A DNA stretch of 18,364 nt from Rotaria sp. Taxonomy: Eukaryota. The notes under the pieces were generated by a model. It saw only the letters and a list, made by a program, of their open reading frames with translations, was not told the DNA's origin and searched no databases. A program made the translations under genes and the position numbers. Where the stretch lies: the NCBI GenBank assembly GCA_905330805.1, contig CAJNWK010000300.1, positions 51,812 to 70,175 on the forward strand, given 5' to 3'. Shown in pieces: positions 10,633-18,364 of this stretch (positions are counted from its first letter, which is position 1; the number at the start of each line of letters is the position of its first letter).

Positions 10633-13600
10633 TCAAGCATAATAACTGTGAGAAATGAGTACATCAGCCAGAACTGCCAGTTGATCTTCAGTGAATTGTT
10701 CTCGATGTTCATGCCACGAATCATGATGAGTACGACGAAATTCTGACAAACAGTTTCTAATCGATTTCTAAAGACAAAAGCTTTGGTACATTCACATAAT
10801 AGCAGATTGGGAAAAACACACTTGTATTATATCGGGATCATGCGAATGTTCACAGAGAAACATCAATGCATCTGGTACATAAGTTGGAATATCATATGGA
10901 CTTGAGAGAACAATGGCACAGAGTCCCAAAACACCTATAACGATAGTCAAAATTATCGACAGTAATGAAACATGTGTTTTTGAAGCTTTTCTAGTAAATA
11001 CAATATTCAAAGACGCTGATCTGCATGGAATTCATTCCGCTTGAAAACATTCTCTTTTATTAATGTTGAAAAAAGACTTTTTAATGCCATTTTTGTTTTC
11101 CACTGTTTCAACAGGAAGAAATCCGAACTTTTGATAGACCAATCAATCTAGTATAACTCTTAAAAGCAAGAAGGAATCGATGGATTCCAAATCCCATGGG
11201 AATTCAATGCAAATCGCAGGAATACTTGAATTAAATATCTGAGCAACACTGAACTTATAACTCATGCTCATGAATAACAAATATCATTTCATTCCTTTAA
11301 TATTTTGAAACCTATTCTTCTAAGAGACCCATATAGACGTAAGGAAAATAAGGGTGGAGATGAACAGAAGACGCAGATTCACATCCTCATCAATATCGTT
11401 AACTGAACATTCGTTGGCTATAGAAGCGACTGCTTTCTAACGAAATAATGTAAGCCAAAGAGTGACATCTAATACGATTATTTGTACAGGTCCAATAGTT
11501 GAGAAATCTCAAAGGCTTTGCACAATGGCGCTGATATTGATTCATAGATGGGTGAATCGGACTACAATTTTAAATTCGACATAAAATATATTGTTAAAAT
11601 TGAACCAAGGGACTAGCTCCAAAGACAAACTTGCGGTCTTTTCATTTTATCCAATACTTAGTAAGTCGTAGTTCCTCGGTCAATACTATTCTTCCTACAC
11701 TGATCAATAATGATCTACCCGTTAATATTAATACAAAAACAAAGCATAAGTAAATAATCTATTGACATTTTACCAAATGATAGGAACGATATACTAACTG
11801 ATTAGCTTACATTGTTCACTATCCGGCTCACTTAATAAAATAGACATGATTAGTGAGGAAACGTAACAAGTTAGTTGTAATCGATGTTACTTAGGTTTTT
11901 GCTGCCCTCTCATGGACAAAGGAAAATGAAACAGAAGAGCTTTTTTGTGTCACTAGTGTTGATGCATATCTTATAAGAAAATTTGTCTAGACTTAGTGAT
12001 GACTAAGCTCATTTTTTGCGTCGGATAAATCAATATCACTCGACTTTCACAATTCAAGGAAAGCTTGGAGGTACCGATTGAATCTTCGAGAAAAAGACAG
12101 ACAGCTAGAAAACAAAAGGAATATAAATCCGGAACTCGATGAGTATCTCGAATATTCGAGTAAAGGTCAAAGGATCCAGTACATGTGAAATCTGTTTTAT
12201 TTCCAATTCAAATCCAATGAGTTGAACTTTTCATTAAAGTTTCCAAAAATGCCACAAAGAACGAGAAAAAGAGTGCTTAGAAATAATCAGCACCAAAATT
12301 ATCTCATGATCTTCTCCTTTATGATAATTTTAAGAAGACTATTTATCAAGTTTATAGTCTAGCCTATAATCTTCTTTCCAGGTTTGATGTTAACTTTCTT
12401 TGGAAGACAAAAAGAGAATCTGAGATCAGACAAAATAGTTCATTAGTACAAGTTTAGTGTGAAACAAAATCTGTATTGCATAACCTGACGAAAATAAGTA
12501 CAACTCATTAGATTAAGAGTCAAGCTAGTACTTCAGATTTAATGTTGCTTTTTCATCTGAATCATATAAATATAGCTGATCCTAGGACCAATTTCATCCA
12601 ATAAGAGTTTCCGAGCTAATTTCTCCTTCAGTCTCAACCTCATTTTCTCTTGTGTAAAATTTGATGTCAAAACAATATATTCATAGATAGAGAGCCTCTT
12701 GTCTTTTAGTAGACAAGAAGGCTGTTCTGCTATCTGATTGATTTAAGCATGTTCAATTGTCAAATTATTGAATGAACACAGGTTACATGTACCATGCCAT
12801 AGATTCAATTGATTCGACATATTTCTTGTACTACTCATCAATTTATGTTTTTCCTTGCTGTTTAATATTCTGCCTCTGATATATTTCTATAAAAATAATA
12901 AAGTGAATTGTCGTGTTGTCAAAATGGACTTGATACCAATCTATTTAGGTTAACTGTATAGGATTTGCAAAATAGATAATCTTAACGAACCATCTTGTGG
13001 TATACGTATGAAAAATATGAACATCTAATGCAGGAACGTCATGTCGTATGAACACATCTTGAGAACTATGCATTTCACACGCATAAGAAAAAAAAATCTA
13101 TATAAGAAAGGGTAATTTCGAGTTTCAATCGCTTTCTAGATCGAACATTTTTCACTTGAAAATAAGTTTGACTTGTGAAAATATATCAATTGCTTTTAAT
13201 CACAGTTTTAATGAAATGTTTTTTTCCATGTGCATGACTTTCTTGAGATTCTTGAACAAGAAAGTTATGTGTTATGGACAAACCTTGATGTATGCATAGG
13301 TCAAGCACACGAAAAAAAAGCTCAACTAGGAAATGATTTTCCTCAGTAGTTTAATGCAGCTTTTGTAACCATATGGTAAAGCAATGAAGTCTTGATACTG
13401 AGTTCTATGAGACTTTCAGGATTAGAGTGAGGATCAAAGAAGTTCAATATGAATTTCGACAATGTCATTTGTGATTATAAAAAAATTGATTGTATCTTAG
13501 CACTTAAACGTTGCACTGCGTTCATTTCATCATTATATACATACTTACCGCCATGCCGTTTAGCAATATTGTTCGATAATGTGACGTTCTTGCCATCGCT

Positions 13601-16600
13601 TTTGGTGCAATAATTAGTCTTGCTCATCATATGAAAGTATTTCTTTTTACAATTAACATATTAAAAAAAAATCTTTCAAGAAAAGAAAAGGCAAGAACAT
13701 CCTACCAGATCTTCATTAGTCACTTGGATGTAGTTGCATTGGTAGAAACCAGACAAAGTCATCAATGCAGCTATTCGCACTTCATATTGTTCATCAAATA
13801 GACATGTGAGTACAAGTTTATGCAATTGTTTAGCATAAGGACGAGCATTAAATAGATTGCAAAAGATCATATTTTGTGCAAACTCAATGCCCGCTCGACG
13901 TGCATGCCATTTTGAGCTTGTAAAAACCTGCGTATGAGACGATAAAGAGATAATTTGTAAAATCTTTTTTTGAACATATACTTGTTCTAATTGTTGAATA
14001 AGTGCTTCTAAAAGGTTTGCATTTAAAAAAGACATGCCGACATATAGTCGACTGATTGTTAATTTTTCTCTAAAGACATTGCCATTGGTCGCAATACTTT
14101 CGATTTCACATAGCTAGAACAATTACGTGTTGGAAAGTTTTATATTAGCAAGTTGATATGTTTACACAAGCCTAATCTAAGTACATACATAAGGAAAAAG
14201 ACGAACTATGGCATTTTTTACTGGTTGTTGACACCAGAAGAAGAATTGCATGTGCATATCAATCACTACATTGCATTTCAAAGAAAAAGATACACCACCC
14301 TATACTGCACTTTGTAAACATCAAGTGATTGTATTTTTACCTGCTTCAATGAAATTCAACGCTTTGCGTGCTTCAACATCAATGCCAACTACTTCATCCG
14401 ATATATTGACTGAAAATGATATTGAAATAAAAGTAAACAGAATTCTATCTTACTTAATGATGTCCTTTCATAAATTTCAATAGCTTGACGCAGTCGTTTA
14501 CATATAGTATCGATAAATTGACTAGTATTAGGTTGGCGTGTCGATTTTCCATTGAACAATGTTACATCAAAGCTAATTGATATTGATAATATACTAATAA
14601 CAAAAAAAAAAACGTTCTGATTTTGTATTACAAATAAACTCGGATCTGTTACTTACCTGGCAATACCTTCCCGTACATTCTTGTATGGATGATCGAGAAG
14701 TACTTTGGCATAGTCATTAATCTCACACCAAATAGATGGAATACGCCATTGAAATTCATTTAAATTTTGTATTAAAGTCCAGCGAGATATTTCGTTGAAT
14801 GCATTCAACATTGTTTTAGTATTGATCAATGTGCGAATAAAGCGAATGAGTCGATACATACGACGAGGATCTTTATTCTCCTTTTAGATATAGACAAGTT
14901 TTAGCGAGAGAAAAGGTACACAACTGACCATACTGTATTTGAAGCATGTATTCCAGTAGGAGTGAGTTTCGGAATTGAGATTTGTACAAACTTCAGTGAG
15001 AAATGGTGTGAGCTTTTCCCAGAGTTCATTAAGCTAAATAAAAACAATAAAGCATCTTGTATTTACTACCATCTACGTCTAATTAGGAAAAAAACGAATT
15101 GATGCTTTTTTTGATGATTCAAATTCAATTATGACGTAAAGTGAACATATTTGACTTACCATTTCTAATGTCCAATATTTCGAACCACAAATCATGCCAG
15201 CCACTATTTCAGCTGCCACTCGATGACTGCCTGCCTGTTTTTCTTTTGTTTCTTCATGAATAAGCATGTATAGTTGTTCCATGAAATTCTCCAGGAAAGC
15301 AAGACCGAAATTGCGAAAGAGACCCTAGATGATCAAATAAAGTATTCATTTACATGAGACTTAAGAAAATCACTATAAAACAAATTTGTTAGCTGAAAAA
15401 AATTATTACAACAAATTTATTCCCAGAATCTGTAGATTTTGTACTCATTTCACTTATATGAAAAAGCTTGTTAGCACAGCCTCTTTGGCGCTAAAATGTG
15501 GAACTCGTACGTCTTCTAATATCATTATAATAATACAAAAAAACAACTAAACTGACGAAGATCTAACAGATGATAGTTGCTCTCCAATGATAATAAATTG
15601 TCAGTATATCGCTCTACCTAATTTCTTTTGGTATTTCGAATATATATTTCTTTCGCTTCCTTTTTTTGGCTACCGCTTCATTTCGTAATTAGTTTTTTGG
15701 TATCCGTACGTTATTTCTTTCTTTTTTTATTTCGTTTTTCTTAGTTTACATTTATTTTTATTTTTCTCATCATTGATTTAACTGACTAATAAGCCTGTTG
15801 CATATATTTATTGAATTCCACAACAACTCTAAAAACGCTATTATGTATCTCCATAAACACAGAAACACTGATATTAATTATTTCCGAAAGTTAAAATTCA
15901 GTTAGTTCATACTATCCCTATCGGTTTAGTGCTGACTTTGATACATCAATAATACAACCGTCGTACTGATTGACACCTACAATAAGGTCATTCCGCTACA
16001 CTAGATACCAAAACCCGCAATATTCAGACTAGTTATAATCAATAGTAGAAATTTTAGATTTACAGAATGTTTTGGAAGATTCTAGAAAATTCCAGAATAA
16101 TCTAAACACTATTAAAATTGATGCGCTTTTTCCCGTTGCTAGGGAAGCATGCACCTCCCACCTCACCCCACGTTACTATGCAAACGTACTCGTTGCCCTT
16201 TGACCTTTAACGCTGTTTGCTAAGGTCTGTAATGAGGATGTCTATAAGCGAGGGAGCCGCAAAAACTCCGATTTGAAGTTACACTCAGATTTTAATATGT
16301 GAGCTCCACAAAACGTCAAAATTGAATATATCGTCTTTTCTATTTTTTTAAGACATGACTAAAAGCTTTCAAAGTATTTGTTTTCATTTTTAACCGGAAG
16401 GGTATACTTCCTGATTTGAAAATCTATCATTTGAACATTAGATAACTGTAATCTTATTTACTTTGAACATGACAAATTGAGTTTTATTGAAATTTATCTC
16501 GCTATCGTCTTCGTCTTCACCCAAAATCATAAATTGTGCCACTCGTTCTACAAAATTCTTATCAATAAAACGATCATATAAAATAGTCACGTTTTCTGGT

Positions 16601-18364
16601 ATATTATTTAGTGTGTAGCGTTCTCGTTTATTCACTGCATATTTGATCATCTTTGGCCAAGTGTAATAACCATGAAACGATTTATCCAAAAAACATGTTT
16701 GTTCCCATTCAATCTGTGTCTCAGGCGGTTTATAATCATCGATTGTTACCCATAAATTATCATCACGATCACCCGGACAATATTCATCATTCATCATAGC
16801 TGGTAGTGGTTTACCGATATTATGAAAAATTTCTTCTAGAGATTTTTCGACATAGAGTCTAGGTGGTTTTTGTAAACGACAAAATGCTCTAATACCTATT
16901 GTAGCGTACTAAAATAATCGAATGGAAACATTTCACATTTTTATCATAACTCTTTAACTAACTCTTCGTAATTCAATATTATCATGAACAAGAAAATCAA
17001 CGAATGTTTCAATACATGACGATGATAATGGCACAAACTTTTGAAGTAGAAGACATAATAATGATATTGTTATCTTTTGCTGACCCCAAGTCCTGAATGT
17101 TAATAACAAAAGAAAAACTTATTTGGATATAAAATGAAAAATGACTTGCAGTGTATCATCTATTAGTAATAGATTAAGCGTTTCTATTAGATTACTGTAT
17201 GACTGAATATCGGTTTGATTAGATGCGTTACGCGTTTCTATTTCGCTCGATTCTAACGGACGCCATAGAGCTATTGCCGCATATATTGATATTTCAGTAG
17301 TATTTTGAATAATGACTTGCGTAACGAACTCTTCGCAAATTTTTTCATGAATATCATCAATCAAATTTTGTGTACTGATTTTATTTGCATGAGCCATTCG
17401 TGCAATTGATGGCCACAATTTTTCCTTCATTGTCCACGAATATTTAGTAGGCAAGAAAAAAGAATCATCACCCAAAAGAATGTAAAGACATCCCTAAATG
17501 ATGTTTAAATGAATTAAAATAATAAGAAGAAAAAACAAAAATGACAAACTTTAATTTGATCATGATCAACTTCATCTTGTGTATTAAACAGTTCGACAAT
17601 GCGATCGACAATTACTTGAAATGAGAATCGATAATACTTGAGAACATTGAAAAGTTCAGTTTGCGCTGTGCAACGAACCTGAGAATTCTATTTATTACAA
17701 TTTTTAATAGAAAAAAGTTTAACTTACTTCACTGTATCGATTGATCGATAGTTCAAATAATTTGAGTATGACTTGTCTATCGATGTCATTCAATATTCCA
17801 ACATTACTTAGTTCGAGTTCCTGAAAAATAGAGAATGTTTTTAACTATCTTTTTATTTTCTCGATTACTTCGATTTGTAATCCTATTTTTTGAATCGACA
17901 AAAACCGATTATTTAGCCCTTCACCACATAGTTTATTCTTTAATAATCGTTCGCAAGAGGTGAATTCGTCGCGTAAAAATTCAACATAACTTTCATTTAT
18001 ACCATAATAGATAGACGTCAATGAATAGAACTAGAAATAGAAATATGCAACCTAAAATGAGACGTCCGTGTGATCTGTAATTACTTTCAGAGCTGTTGTC
18101 ATGGATGCAACATCATCCGAATTATTTTCAATCAGTAGATCTATAAAGAAAAGCTAATTTCTTTATATTTATTGATCAATAAAAGACCTACCGAGTAACT
18201 TCCCAATATCAATGAGTAAGCGCATTCGTAAATTTTCTTTAAATTCTGAAACTGACAAATAATCTGATAATAACGAGTATGAACGTTTCTTCTTACTTAG
18301 TTCTTTAGAATAGATTGGCAATTGAATTTGATATTTTGACTCATAAGGAACAACTGATGGTATA
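10633..18364 (-). CDS. PSME4: Proteasome activator complex subunit 4 (PA200/Blm10 family), C-terminal portion; gene continues beyond the right edge
   Basis: Exons inferred by splice consensus, phase continuity and recalled similarity to animal PSME4: 18192-18364(partial), 18085-18140, 17869-18030, 17728-17820, 17550-17678, 17150-17493, 16963-17092, 16462-16908, 15160-15324, 14929-15033, 14657-14880, 14454-14593, 14341-14409, 14189-14265, 13982-14113, 13706-13927, 13549-13642, 10822-10934, 10633-10767. Diagnostic peptides: [89 protein letters not shown]...CNLF...[94 protein letters not shown]. Confidence 0.93.
10935..13548 (-). other. Outlier 2614-bp intron of the PSME4-like gene
   Basis: Donor ...CGGCATGGCG|GTAAGTATG (phase 1) and acceptor TCGTTATAG|GTGTTTTGGGACTC restore [13 protein letters not shown]. 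No ORF of 60 aa or more lies fully inside it. Confidence 0.8.
15325..16461 (-). other. Outlier 1137-bp intron of the PSME4-like gene
   Basis: Donor TTCAAA|GTAAATAAG and acceptor CATCTAG|GGTCTCTTTCGC join FVMFK to GLFRNFG, both phase 0. Confidence 0.85.
16075..16097. promoter_or_regulatory. Perfect five-unit heat-shock element (HSF binding site)
   Basis: GAAGATTCTAGAAAATTCCAGAA = GAA-nn-TTC-nn-GAA-nn-TTC-nn-GAA. Confidence 0.7.
17093..17149 (-). other. Probable GC-AG intron (57 bp)
   Basis: ...GATACACT|GCAAGTCATT...ACATTCAG|GACTTGGGG. Only this junction gives phase continuity (exon 17150-17493 is 344 nt, phase 2) and [17 protein letters not shown]. Confidence 0.75.

Noticed and set aside
10935-11010. 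N-terminal part of ORF 10792..11010 ([25 protein letters not shown])
   Set aside because: This is the 3' end of the large intron read through the TCGTTATAG acceptor. Only IPTYVP-containing sequence from VLGL onward is exon.
11015-11060. Possible alternative upstream exon on the minus strand (..[13 protein letters not shown]..) resembling the KRHAG region
   Set aside because: No good donor at the expected position, and the 13549-13642 exon supplies KRHG with a canonical GTAAGT in the correct phase. The resemblance is likely chance.
14250-14483. Plus-strand ORF 77 aa as an independent gene
   Set aside because: ORF is on the minus-strand list or antisense to small PSME4 exons (14341-14409, 14454-14593) and their introns. 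No independent domain signal and the PSME4 reading explains the region.
15079-15159. C-terminal tail of ORF 15079..15282 ([26 protein letters not shown])
   Set aside because: Sequence past TTAGAAATG|GTAAGTC is intronic; the next exon starts at 15033 (LNELWEKL...).
1-18364. CRISPR array, tRNA/rRNA or bacterial-type defence system
   Set aside because: No regularly spaced direct repeats with unique spacers, no tRNA box motifs and no prokaryotic operon structure seen. The genes are eukaryotic with spliceosomal introns.

Overview
The window is AT-rich, metazoan-type intron-containing DNA. Short introns (~44-75 bp) and abundant GTGTGGG/TGTGGG motifs suggest a bdelloid rotifer; this is inference, with no species search. 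The firmest content is a minus-strand multi-exon gene covering the C-terminal part of proteasome activator PA200/PSME4 (Blm10 family). I reconstructed 19 exons from 18364 down to a stop at 10633-10635, ending ...SYYA. The gene has one probable GC-AG intron, one 54-nt stop-free intron that an ORF caller reads through, and two outlier introns of 2614 and 1137 bp. The 1137 bp intron holds a perfect five-unit heat-shock element. Other genes: an intronless plus-strand ORF with two ubiquitin-like domains and a CaaX-like C-terminus (CDIL), a small cysteine-rich secreted-peptide ORF (minus strand), and a decayed ORF at the left edge. Most unusual structurally are five foldbacks built from degenerate bdelloid-telomere-like GTGTGGG units, each ordered G-rich arm, short AT-rich spacer, C-rich arm. 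A degenerate ~80-bp tandem repeat lies between the first two. I found no CRISPR, rRNA, tRNA or intact transposase/reverse transcriptase.
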